Below are positions 28,698 through 37,956 of a DNA stretch of 64,000 nt, piece after piece. How positions within the stretch are numbered: the first letter of the stretch is position 1; each line of letters opens with the position of its first letter. Source of the DNA: Candidatus Bathyarchaeota archaeon (GTDB lineage: Archaea > Thermoproteota > Bathyarchaeia > 40CM-2-53-6); NCBI GenBank assembly GCA_963733055.1, contig CAVTBR010000001.1, positions 320,001 through 384,000 of the forward strand. Reading direction: 5' to 3'. The position numbers and the translations under genes are program-made. The notes below the pieces were generated by a model. That model searched no databases. It saw only the letters and a program-made list of their open reading frames with translations, and was not told the DNA's origin.

Positions 28698-30245
28698 TTA
28701 TTCTGGCGGTAGTTCCTTGAATGCTAGCGATAGGTCGATGCCTTGCTTCTTGAGATGATACTTTTGGGCAGTGTAGAGTATCAGGCCGCCGACGAAGGAG
28801 GCAAGCAGGAATGCGTAGCTAAGGGTGTTTCCGCCGTATATGCTTGGTAATATTGCGAATTCGTAGGAGACGTATGCGAACACGATGGCGCTGAGTGCGC
28901 CGGCGATTACTAGTCCCATTCGAACGTTGCTCGGTTCAGATTTTCTGCGGATTCCGTATAATACCGAAGCTATTGCGACGAACATGAAGAAGAGCATTGG
29001 ACCGATGGCCGTAGCCGATAAGGCCGAGAACTGCCCGTAGTAAAACGCAGTCGCGCCCACCAGTATAATCGCTAGGACTAAATCGAAAATGTGGGCGACG
29101 GCGGGGGAATTGAATCGCGGGCTTACGTACGCGAACTTTGAGGGCAGAAATCTGTCGAATGATAATGCGAGAATGTATCTCGCAACAGCCATTATTGTAA
29201 CCATCAGGAAAATAATATTCCAGATAATCCAAACAGCGCCGAGAGCCAACGAGATCGCGAGATTATTCGCGACGCCCATGGCGAGCGTCCAGAAATTGAA
29301 GCCGTAGTCGAAAACTAGAGTTGAGTTTGAGAACGCTGCGTTGATGAACGGTTGACCGGCAACCCCGTATAGCACGGCAAAAACAGCGGTCCAGATTAGG
29401 AAGACGCTGATACCCGAGATTGGAACGCTCCATCTAAGTGCGCTCTTCCCCTTCAACTCCGACCCCGCGATTGTCGACATGTTAAACCATGGAAAGAGGA
29501 ATAGGAAGTAAAAGGGAATCAGGAGCAGTGTATTGCCCAGATCGAATGTAGGTCCGGTATACGAGCTGGCTATGGTATCGTAAGTTGTGTTGCTGATTCC
29601 CAACGAGTTTACGTAACCGACGACTCCAGCTCTGCCCGCGCCTAAGAGAACTCCAACTGCCAAAACAATGCCCACGACTCCAATAATCACCAATACCGTG
29701 AGAGTTCTGATTGCGTACCTGGGGCTCACTATGTTAACGAGAACCAGTATGGTGAAGATGATTGATCCGAGAATGAATTGGGAGGTCGGGTCAGCTCCGG
29801 AAATGTTCCCGGGCAGCGCGAGGCCAAGAAAACTCATGTTTCCCAAAGCAACACCAACAGATCCGATTGAGAAGACCGCTGACAGAATCAGGATGGCGAC
29901 AAAGGCGATGAAGTTCAGGCACGCTCCGGTCAGTCCCATCGCACTTCCGAAAAGCCCACCAAACTGCCTAGACATCCAAACGTAATCACCACCGGTCCGC
30001 GGCATTCGCCTCTGAATAATTGTGTAAATGAACATTTGAGGAATAACGAACAAGAACCCTATTACCGAACCGTAAACAAGGTTGACACCAGACATCGTCG
30101 GAAAGAATACGGTATAGAGCGGGAGTAGGGCAATTGTTGCGCCAAGCCCCATCCAAGCAGCGTTCATGCTTATTGCATCAAGCAGTGAGACGTTCTTGAC
30201 GAGGCCTGTGGCCTCTCTAACAAAAACAGTCGGCTTGCTAGACAT
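28698..30245 (-). CDS. APC-family permease, paralog of 6232-7839
   Basis: VFVREATGLVK, MPRTGGDYVW, C-terminal LPPE. Confidence 0.88.
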   Translation of the reverse strand: MSSKPTVFVREATGLVKNVSLLDAISMNAAWMGLGATIALLPLYTVFFPTMSGVNLVYGSVIGFLFVIPQMFIYTIIQRRMPRTGGDYVWMSRQFGGLFGSAMGLTGACLNFIAFVAILILSAVFSIGSVGVALGNMSFLGLALPGNISGADPTSQFILGSIIFTILVLVNIVSPRYAIRTLTVLVIIGVVGIVLAVGVLLGAGRAGVVGYVNSLGISNTTYDTIASSYTGPTFDLGNTLLLIPFYFLFLFPWFNMSTIAGSELKGKSALRWSVPISGISVFLIWTAVFAVLYGVAGQPFINAAFSNSTLVFDYGFNFWTLAMGVANNLAISLALGAVWIIWNIIFLMVTIMAVARYILALSFDRFLPSKFAYVSPRFNSPAVAHIFDLVLAIILVGATAFYYGQFSALSATAIGPMLFFMFVAIASVLYGIRRKSEPSNVRMGLVIAGALSAIVFAYVSYEFAILPSIYGGNTLSYAFLLASFVGGLILYTAQKYHLKKQGIDLSLAFKELPPE

Positions 30246-30356
30246 GAGCGAAGCGTCTCGGACGAGCGACTCTTTAGATTAGTTATCGAGAACCATCATT
30301 AAGATAACTTACGGAATACATCGCCGAGACAATTCATCTCTATGAAGACGACCAAG

Positions 30357-31085
30357 CTATGGAAATTGTGGTAACGCTACGAGATGGTTAGCGAGCTCGT
30401 CGGGTTTTGAGTAGAAGGGGGAGTGACTACTGTCCATCCATACAAGTTTCCGACACAGCGTCGTGGAGTTCATTCTCCGTTGCAACATAGGGGACACGGC
30501 CTTGTCTCTGAGCGTACCAATATAGAATCGCGGTACCCGACCGTAATTCTTCTCACTGAGCCGCAACGGTGTCTCAATGGGACGAGTAGGCTCAGGAACA
30601 AAACGGCGCACGGCATCTTGAACATCTTCGTCAGTGCAGTCGCCGTAGAAAATCTCCTTTAACATATCTTGGTCTTTGATCACGTGAACGCTTCTGTCTT
30701 CTGAAAAGGCAAGGTTGGGCGGTATGAGTGAGTCCGTATCTTCCACCGCGAGTTGTATCATGGATTCGCCGCTGCGTAGGAGGAACGCTGCCAAGTATAC
30801 CAAGCACCTTAGGCGACCCGGTCGAACCTCAGCGACTTGACTGATCACTATACCTCCCCGGCTATGCCCAACCAATACCACCGGTTCGGTTTGCTGGTCC
30901 AAGATGTTGCAAATCGTCTCCACGTATGAATCAAGGGTGATGTTGCGAACTGAGGTTTTGTCTGACCCGTGACCCGGTAGGTCTGGGGCATGCACCGTGT
31001 GTCCCCGAGCTTGTAGGCGTGATGCTAGTTTCCTCCAACACCAGCCGCCATGCCACGAACCATGAACGAGAATGTAAACCGTCAT
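30357..31085 (-). CDS. Alpha/beta hydrolase (methylesterase/HNL-like)
   Basis: LVHGSWHGGWCW, GHSRGG nucleophile elbow, SHSPF. Confidence 0.9.
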   Translation of the reverse strand: MTVYILVHGSWHGGWCWRKLASRLQARGHTVHAPDLPGHGSDKTSVRNITLDSYVETICNILDQQTEPVVLVGHSRGGIVISQVAEVRPGRLRCLVYLAAFLLRSGESMIQLAVEDTDSLIPPNLAFSEDRSVHVIKDQDMLKEIFYGDCTDEDVQDAVRRFVPEPTRPIETPLRLSEKNYGRVPRFYIGTLRDKAVSPMLQRRMNSTTLCRKLVWMDSSHSPFYSKPDELANHLVALPQFP

Positions 31086-31303
31086 AGTCGGTTCTGATTC
31101 GCGAGCTGCACTTAAGAGATTAGCAACCATGGATGGAAATACCTAACAAGCAAACCAAATACACGAATTGGCAAGAGTAGTCGTAATATCTCATAGAGTC
31201 CGCGACGCCTGAACAGTATTACTTGAACACGTTGAAATATGCTACAGGTCTACAGCCTGTTCCAATATTTTCAACCTGAAATTCGTAAATTTGGTGTCTC
31301 TCA

Positions 31304-33739
31304 ATGACAGAATCAGTAGCGAAACAACTCCAACACGAGAATCAGCAAGGTAACGGCGTGACACAGTTCGTTGTGCCATTCGAACAGATTGGTATGGAGG
31401 ATTTACCAAATGTTGGTGGAAAGAACGCTTCGCTAGGCGAACTGACCAGCATAGGAATCCCAGTCCCACCCGGATTCGCCCTCAACGTTGCGTTCTACAG
31501 GGAATTCATAGAAGCGAATGGACTCAACGATTACATCAGTGAACAACTAACGAATTTAGATATCGGCGATGTTGAGCATCTTCAGAAAATCGGCAAGAGC
31601 ATCCGTTCCAAAATAACTCAATCCGACTTCCCACCCCAGTTGAAAGACGCCGTCACGACGGGCTACGCGATTCTCTGTAACGGCGAAGATGTGCAGGTCG
31701 CGGTAAGAAGCAGTGCGACGGCTGAAGATCTAGCCGACGCTTCGTTCGCGGGCCAACAAGATACTTACCTGAATGTGGTCGGGAAGGATAAGGTGCTTGA
31801 GTGCACCAAGCTTTGTATTGCATCGTTGTTCTCGGATCGCGCCATTAGTTACAGAGCGAAGAGGGGATTCGACCACATGGACGTGGGGCTGAGTGTCGGA
31901 ATTCAACGAATGGTGAAAAGCGACTCGTCGGGTGTGATGTTCACAATCGACCCTGACTCTGGCAACGACAACATCATGGTCATAGACTCTAGTTGGGGCT
32001 TAGGCGAAGCAGTTGTAGGCGGGAAAGTGGTTCCCGACAAGTTCTACGTCTGCAAGAAAAACGGAGCCATAGTCGGACGAAGGCTGGGACAGAAGGAAGT
32101 ATACGCAAAATACGACACCAAAGGAACCACGTTCGCCAACACGCCAAAAGACCTGCGTACAAAATTCTCCTTGACAGAGAACCAGATCAAGGATCTGGTT
32201 CAATTTGCGAAACAGATAGAGGGCCACTACAAGAAACCTATGGACATCGAATGGGCCCTCGAGGGGAGGAGCACGTACATTCTGCAAGCTAGGCCGGAAA
32301 CCGTTCAGTCAGCAAAAGGCACACAGGAAGAGGTTTACCACCTCAAAGGCGACGGAAAACTGTTGGTCGAAGGAATCGCCGTTGGTGGTAAGATAGGGCA
32401 AGGGAAACCCAACGTAATGAGTAGCGCAAACGAAATGAAAAATTTCGAGAGAGGACAGATTCTCGTCACGAAAGAGACGACCCCGGCATGGGAGCCCGTC
32501 ATGGAAAAGTCTGCCGCGATAGTGACGGAGCAAGGTGGGACAACGTCCCACGCGGCAATCGTCTCCAGAGAATTGGGAAAACCATGTGTCGTGGGGGCGA
32601 GAAGAGTGACGCAACTTCTAACCAACCACAAGGAGCCCATTACTGTCGATTGTAGCACCGGGGTTGGAAGAATCTACGAAGGACTCGTCCCATTCGAAGT
32701 CGAAAACTTCGACCTTACAACTCTACCCTCTACGAAAACCAAGATAATGATGAACATGGCCGTACCCGAGGGAGCGTTGGTACACGCAAGGAAAGCCGAT
32801 GGTGTCGGTCTTCTAAGGATTGAATTTGTTTACGGAAACAATGTCGGCATTCATCCTGCCGCATTGCTACAATATGAGAATCTCAAGAACAGCCCTCAAG
32901 AAATTCTACGTGCACCGCCGAGAAATGAAGACGTTCAATACCTGAAGCACACACTCTCAGAAATTGAATCCAGAACGCGAGGATACGATAACAAGCCGGA
33001 ATTCCTCGTCGAGAAACTGAGAGAGGGGATCGCCATCGTTGCGGCAGCCGTGGAACCGAAGCCAGTTATCGTACGGTTCTCGGATTTCAAGTCGAACGAA
33101 TACCAAGCCCTCGTCGGCGGAAAGATCTTCGAAAAGGAAGAAAACAACCCCATGCTTGGGTGGCGGGGCGCCTCACGTTACCCGCATACGGAATTTGCTG
33201 AGGCCTTCAGGCTAGAGTGTAGGGCGTTAAGGGAAGCCAGAGAACTTGGCTTTCAAAACATCATACCCATGATACCCTTCGTACGCACCGTAGAAGAAGC
33301 AAAAGCCGTACTCGAACTGATGAAAGAGGAAGGGCTAGAGCACGGCAAAGACGGTTTGCAAGTGTACATGATGGCCGAGATCCCTTCAAACGTTTTCCTC
33401 GCCGACGAATTCGCGAAACTCTTCGATGGATTCAGTATAGGCTCAAACGACCTAGCCTCACTCGTTCTAGGCGTGGACAGGGATAATGCAAAACTCGCAA
33501 AGAGCGTATTCGACGAGAGAAACCCAGCCGTCAAAATGGCCATCGAACACCTAATCAAGACGGCCCATAAACGTGGAATCAAGATTGGGATATGCGGCCA
33601 AGCACCAAGTGATTACCCGGAGATCGTTGAATTCCTAGTAGAAAACGGCATAGACAGTATCTCCCTAAACCCCGACGTCATCGGCCGAATGAAACAAGTC
33701 GTCGCGAAAGTTGAAGAAAAATACAATAAGTCGGTCTAA
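31304..33739 (+). CDS. ppsA: Phosphoenolpyruvate synthase
   Basis: VGGKNASLGE, VRSSATAED, TSHAAIVSRE, NPMLGWRGASRY, ICGQAPSD. Confidence 0.97.
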   Translation: MTESVAKQLQHENQQGNGVTQFVVPFEQIGMEDLPNVGGKNASLGELTSIGIPVPPGFALNVAFYREFIEANGLNDYISEQLTNLDIGDVEHLQKIGKSIRSKITQSDFPPQLKDAVTTGYAILCNGEDVQVAVRSSATAEDLADASFAGQQDTYLNVVGKDKVLECTKLCIASLFSDRAISYRAKRGFDHMDVGLSVGIQRMVKSDSSGVMFTIDPDSGNDNIMVIDSSWGLGEAVVGGKVVPDKFYVCKKNGAIVGRRLGQKEVYAKYDTKGTTFANTPKDLRTKFSLTENQIKDLVQFAKQIEGHYKKPMDIEWALEGRSTYILQARPETVQSAKGTQEEVYHLKGDGKLLVEGIAVGGKIGQGKPNVMSSANEMKNFERGQILVTKETTPAWEPVMEKSAAIVTEQGGTTSHAAIVSRELGKPCVVGARRVTQLLTNHKEPITVDCSTGVGRIYEGLVPFEVENFDLTTLPSTKTKIMMNMAVPEGALVHARKADGVGLLRIEFVYGNNVGIHPAALLQYENLKNSPQEILRAPPRNEDVQYLKHTLSEIESRTRGYDNKPEFLVEKLREGIAIVAAAVEPKPVIVRFSDFKSNEYQALVGGKIFEKEENNPMLGWRGASRYPHTEFAEAFRLECRALREARELGFQNIIPMIPFVRTVEEAKAVLELMKEEGLEHGKDGLQVYMMAEIPSNVFLADEFAKLFDGFSIGSNDLASLVLGVDRDNAKLAKSVFDERNPAVKMAIEHLIKTAHKRGIKIGICGQAPSDYPEIVEFLVENGIDSISLNPDVIGRMKQVVAKVEEKYNKSV

Positions 33740-33756
33740 CCGACTAGTACGTTCCA

Positions 33757-34167
33757 CTAAGTCATACCCATCTTAGCCAATTTCTGGAAATCCGTCATAC
33801 TCTGAACCAGATCTGTTTGGCTAACTATTCCGATTATCTTGTCATGTTCCGTTACGATCAGTCTTTTCACCCTCTTCTCCACCATTCTACGGGCCGCGTC
33901 AATGAGCGGAGAGGAAGCATCAATCGTAACTAAGGGTGCGGTCATCATCTCAGCGACTGTGACTTTCGAAGGATCGCTTACGCCTGCAACGATCTTGTCC
34001 ACCAAATCTCTCTCGGTGACTATGCCGAACGGTAAACCGTCCCTATTGGCGATCAAGGAACCGATTCGTTTCTCCACCATTAATTTCGCGGCCTCTCGTG
34101 CTTTGGCCTTAGAATCTATCGAAACGATCGTGCGCATGATTTGGCGAACAGTGATTTCGGATGTCAA
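33757..34167 (-). CDS. CBS-domain pair protein
   Basis: GIVTERDL and GIVSQTDL. Confidence 0.9.
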   Translation of the reverse strand: MTSEITVRQIMRTIVSIDSKAKAREAAKLMVEKRIGSLIANRDGLPFGIVTERDLVDKIVAGVSDPSKVTVAEMMTAPLVTIDASSPLIDAARRMVEKRVKRLIVTEHDKIIGIVSQTDLVQSMTDFQKLAKMGMT

Positions 34168-34420
34168 CTTCGTGCCCTTTTACCGTTAATTGGCTAAATC
34201 CAATTAAAGGATTCTTATCGTGCTCGCTTGTAGGCCGTGGAAGGCTGCTCCGAAGCCAGCGTCGATCAGGAAAACTGAGGTAATCCATCTAGGCAATCTA
34301 GCACTCGTCGAATCTCGTTGGCCCGTTCAGCCATAGAAGAGCTTGTCATGATGAGCAGGGAGTTCGGTCTCCGCGGATTTTTGCGTCCATTTTCTCGACA
34401 ATAAGGAAGCGTCGGGTATT

Positions 34421-34542
34421 TGGTGCCGAGGGCGGGATTTGAATCCGCGACTGGGCCCACCCGTCCGTTGCGATGGTCAACCCGGTCTTCAGCTTCACCC
34501 TTACGTTAAGTCGGGTGCTCTCCCAGGCTGAGCTACCTCGGC
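34421..34542 (-). tRNA. tRNA-Phe(GAA) with two non-canonical introns
   Basis: Removing 34511-34494 and 34477-34451 (both clean BHB) gives a 77-nt cloverleaf with GAA anticodon and CCA. T stem has an A53-C61 mismatch. Confidence 0.88.
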
Positions 34543-34872
34543 GTTCCTGGGCGAAATCCGTTGTGCTGGCCGCGTTGAATTAAGCCTTTTTCTCATGAAA
34601 GATACTGATTCTGATATGCAAATTATTTTAGCGAATTGCTGAGAGAACAAAGCGTCGTGAACTTCCCGGACATATGACCGGCTGCGATTCTAGTGACTCC
34701 CATTGGGTCCGATAACTTAACGGGATAAGAATGGGCTAAACCACAGGTAACAGTTTCTCTCTGAAAGGCCCTCGACGCATCGAGTCTCGATTGTGTCGCA
34801 ATTCGAACGACAGTATTATAAGGGCGTGTGTCTAATGTGTCTAGACGTATATCGACATAGGAGACACATACA

Positions 34873-35190
34873 ATGCAGCGAATAAGCACATCCCTTCTGG
34901 CAACCGCCAGGCAACAAGTATTCACGGCCGTAGCCATGGGCGTTGAAATGGCCTTGACCTACGGCGCCATGCCAGTATTCATTAGAGAACTCTCCCCGAC
35001 CGTCTACACGACAATCGTTTTCGTCATAGGCGGCGGAGTTGGGTTCGTAGCAACACATCTCACCAAAACCATAGTGAAGTCCCAACGCGTATGCTTCCTA
35101 AACTCAATCAAAGAAGAGAAAGTTCGCGGAGCCATATACCTCAGCATCCTTACAGCAATCGCCACGGTCGCAATGTTCCTTCACCTGTAA
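34873..35190 (+). CDS. Small membrane protein
   Basis: TATA box, AGGAG RBS-like motif, 2-3 hydrophobic segments. Confidence 0.65.
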   Translation: MQRISTSLLATARQQVFTAVAMGVEMALTYGAMPVFIRELSPTVYTTIVFVIGGGVGFVATHLTKTIVKSQRVCFLNSIKEEKVRGAIYLSILTAIATVAMFLHL

Positions 35191-35296
35191 CCAGAACGCT
35201 CCATCCGGCTCAATGGAACGACTCATTGAACCCGAAAGCATTACATTTGCGTTGAGGTCGGCTGTATGCAACTCTCGATTACACTGGCGTTACAGC

Positions 35297-36427
35297 ATGG
35301 CCCAACAGAACCCAAGGAAATGTCCGCAATGTGGCACCATCGCCCGACAAAGGCAGACGTATTGCGGAGGATGTGGCCTACGCCTCACCATATGCTCGAT
35401 CTGTAACACCATTAATCTAGCGTCCTCAGAGTTCTGTCATAGCTGTGGCAAGCCGCTTAAGCTCCGAGGGCTCGCCCCGGAGGAGGCTGAAGGCTCCTTG
35501 CCCTCCGTCGGTGTGGAGAGCAGACAGATCAAGCAACCGAGTAAGCCTGGACCAGCAATAAGTGTCCGTATGCTCGAAACGGAATCATCTGACATGGATG
35601 ATCGTGTGCTCAAGTATTTGGAGGATCACCATGGAGGGATATCGATACGTAGGACGTCTACTGATCTGAACGTAACTTCAGAGCAACTAATCGAGTCACT
35701 CACTCGGTTACAGAAGAAGGGGCTCATCCAGAAGGAAGAAACAGCCTTCGTGGAACGGATGCATAACTGCCACAAGTGTAACAAGACGATAGGAGTAGAC
35801 GAACCCTACTGCCGCTACTGCGGCGCGAAACAGGTATTGATTGAGGAGTTGGAGCCTCAGGCAATTCTTGACCCGCGCACGATGAAGGTGGCGTTGACCA
35901 TGCTCAACCGGGTGGTAGAAGCGAAAGACCATCCAGAATACTCTGTCGTAGACGAGTTGACCACGACCATCGGCGCGGTTGCCCTTGGCGGGGAGAAACC
36001 TCAGGATGCACAGGAACTGTCCTTTCAGGACCAACTCAGGCTGCTAACTCTCGTCTTCGAATATTCGCGCGACAAAGTGATCTACAAGGGCGAATCATTC
36101 GGTGAATACGTCAGGTGGCCTTGGGAAACCATGAAAACCGGCGGCGACTGCGACTGCAAAGTAGTTCTATTGGCTTCCATGCTGGCCAGCCTCGCGTTTC
36201 GAAGAATGCATTTCCTCATACTTCCACCGGGAACGTATATGGACGCGACCAAGCATGAGAACCAAAAACTGCCGGGTCATGCCTTGCTTGAGGTCGAGCT
36301 AACAGACGGCGGAAAAAGAATTCCACTGCGTCTGGATCCGTCTTGCGTGGACTGTGATGTGGATGATATTTCGCGATCGATGAAACCGTTTCTGTCGAGT
36401 TTCTATCGGATCCCAATAATCCCTTGA
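35297..36427 (+). CDS. Zinc-ribbon / wHTH / transglutaminase-like multidomain protein
   Basis: Six CxxC motifs, HTH-like segment, GDCDCKVVLLASML...GHA...LDPS putative Cys-His-Asp triad. Confidence 0.75.
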   Translation: MAQQNPRKCPQCGTIARQRQTYCGGCGLRLTICSICNTINLASSEFCHSCGKPLKLRGLAPEEAEGSLPSVGVESRQIKQPSKPGPAISVRMLETESSDMDDRVLKYLEDHHGGISIRRTSTDLNVTSEQLIESLTRLQKKGLIQKEETAFVERMHNCHKCNKTIGVDEPYCRYCGAKQVLIEELEPQAILDPRTMKVALTMLNRVVEAKDHPEYSVVDELTTTIGAVALGGEKPQDAQELSFQDQLRLLTLVFEYSRDKVIYKGESFGEYVRWPWETMKTGGDCDCKVVLLASMLASLAFRRMHFLILPPGTYMDATKHENQKLPGHALLEVELTDGGKRIPLRLDPSCVDCDVDDISRSMKPFLSSFYRIPIIP

Positions 36428-36504
36428 AAGCAAACGGTACCGTAGGAGTAGGGGCTAGTCAAGAGCGACTTGCTCAGGGCGTAATTTGACTCTCTTACCC
36501 GTGT

Positions 36505-36861
36505 TCATTTTTTTCTGAGTCGCGACGCGATTTCTGGCGGTAGTGTTTCCCAATCGATTTGCCAGATGTAGCGCGCGGTTTCCTTTGTGTCTTCGTTGAA
36601 ATCTCGTTTTACGATGCCTTCCTCTTCCATGCGGTTGAGGTATTCGCTGATTACGCTTCGGCTTATGCCCAAGTGGTCTGCTAATTTCTCGGTTCCAGCT
36701 TTTCCTCCCAGCTCGGTCATCCCCAGTAGGGTTCTGTACCAGGCTATCCGAATTCTGGGTTGCTTACTCTCAGCGATGGTCTGTTCTAGTTTACCTATAC
36801 GTTGATCGATCTTTGAGAATCTTGATTCGAGCCATTTCTTTAGGTCATCGTCAGCGGTCAT
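36505..36861 (-). CDS. HTH transcriptional regulator with N-terminal coiled coil
   Basis: TEKLADHLGISRSVISEYLNRMEEEGIV; GAGGAG RBS before ATG 36861. Confidence 0.82.
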   Translation of the reverse strand: MTADDDLKKWLESRFSKIDQRIGKLEQTIAESKQPRIRIAWYRTLLGMTELGGKAGTEKLADHLGISRSVISEYLNRMEEEGIVKRDFNEDTKETARYIWQIDWETLPPEIASRLRKK

Positions 36862-36961
36862 TGGTCTCCTCTCCATCTAGGATGCGCACTTCGAGTGCTG
36901 TGACTCGTTCGTCTATTTGCGTCATCCTTCTTCTGAGCCAGTTCGACAGTTCCTTGTTCAT
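36851..36961 (-). CDS. 36-aa microprotein homologous to the regulator N-terminus (not in ORF track)
   Basis: MNKELSNWLRRRMTQIDERVTALEVRILDGEETNDR*; TTTTTAAA box about 30 nt upstream. Confidence 0.7.
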   Translation of the reverse strand: MNKELSNWLRRRMTQIDERVTALEVRILDGEETNDR

Positions 36962-37076
36962 TCGTCGTCGGCAGTGTTGTGTCTAGGCGTGTTTAAAAAT
37001 GTATCGTCACTTTCGAAAGCCATATAAACTGATGTGTACATTAACGTAGATACACGTATCGACAGGTGAAACAAAA

Positions 37077-37376
37077 ATGGACGCAGTCATTATCGTCTTC
37101 GTTATGGCCACAGGCTTCGTAGCTGTAACTGTTGTTCTACCAATCATATTCTGGTTCACACAAACCAACACCTTCAACCCAACCCCCATACGCCCAATTG
37201 AATACCCAAACAATTCCTACTTCCAAACCAAACCAATCCCAACACCGCAACCTCGACCGACCGCATACACGAGTCAAGCCAACATTCAGAACCATCAGGG
37301 CTTTCAGATCAAGGCGCTGCCTCCCTATCCCGCCGTGAAACGTTCACCGAATAGGAGAATGTTAGTAGCATCTTAA
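37077..37376 (+). CDS. Small protein with one TM helix and Pro/Thr-rich tail
   Basis: TATA box and AGGTGA RBS; divergent from the HTH unit. Confidence 0.6.
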   Translation: MDAVIIVFVMATGFVAVTVVLPIIFWFTQTNTFNPTPIRPIEYPNNSYFQTKPIPTPQPRPTAYTSQANIQNHQGFQIKALPPYPAVKRSPNRRMLVAS

Positions 37377-37396
37377 ACCCGGATCAAGATTCTAGA

Positions 37397-37951
37397 TCAA
37401 CCAGAACCATCTTTATCATTTTGCGCCAAGGGATGCCCGCACTTAGCGCAGAAGGACCTGGCGAAGGGCGGGTTACGAAACCCGCACTCTCTACAAATCA
37501 ATCCTCTTGGAGTTGGCGAGTGCACTCTTGGAATGATGAAGCTTGCAATCGCACCTAGAAGCAGAACAACGGCCAATGATTCCCCCCAAATGTTTCCAAG
37601 CAGTGAGATTGTTTGAGTTGAAACCTGGGTGACGGCGGACGTGATGGTCTGCGTCAAAGTGCCATTAAGAGTAGTGGTGTAGCTCCCTGTGAGAGTTGTC
37701 ACTGAAATCTGTGTCAGAGTTTGAGTCCCGTAAATAGTCGAGTTCAGAGTCTGGGTAGTAGTCGAGTAGTTTACTGCCGGATTCGATATTGTCGTAAGAA
37801 TTGTATTAGTCGAGAATGCCGTTACGACCTGCGTCGAGCTCGAGAGGTAAGTCGACTGAGCCGTTGAGAAATGGATGGATGAATAGAATCCAACAGCGCA
37901 GAAGAACAGAATAAACATAATCGGCCGTAAGTATTTTGATAGTCTAACCAC
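37397..37951 (-). CDS. Exported Thr-rich protein with C-terminal TM and zinc ribbon
   Basis: Signal-like N-terminus, S/T-rich core, TM, CREC...CAKC. Confidence 0.75.
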   Translation of the reverse strand: MVRLSKYLRPIMFILFFCAVGFYSSIHFSTAQSTYLSSSTQVVTAFSTNTILTTISNPAVNYSTTTQTLNSTIYGTQTLTQISVTTLTGSYTTTLNGTLTQTITSAVTQVSTQTISLLGNIWGESLAVVLLLGAIASFIIPRVHSPTPRGLICRECGFRNPPFARSFCAKCGHPLAQNDKDGSG

Positions 37952-37956
37952 TTAGA

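Noticed and set aside
34862-34872. AGACACATACA identical to part of the tRNA-Gly trailer
   Set aside because: An isolated 11-mer without the TGGTGCG core is expected by chance in 64 kb
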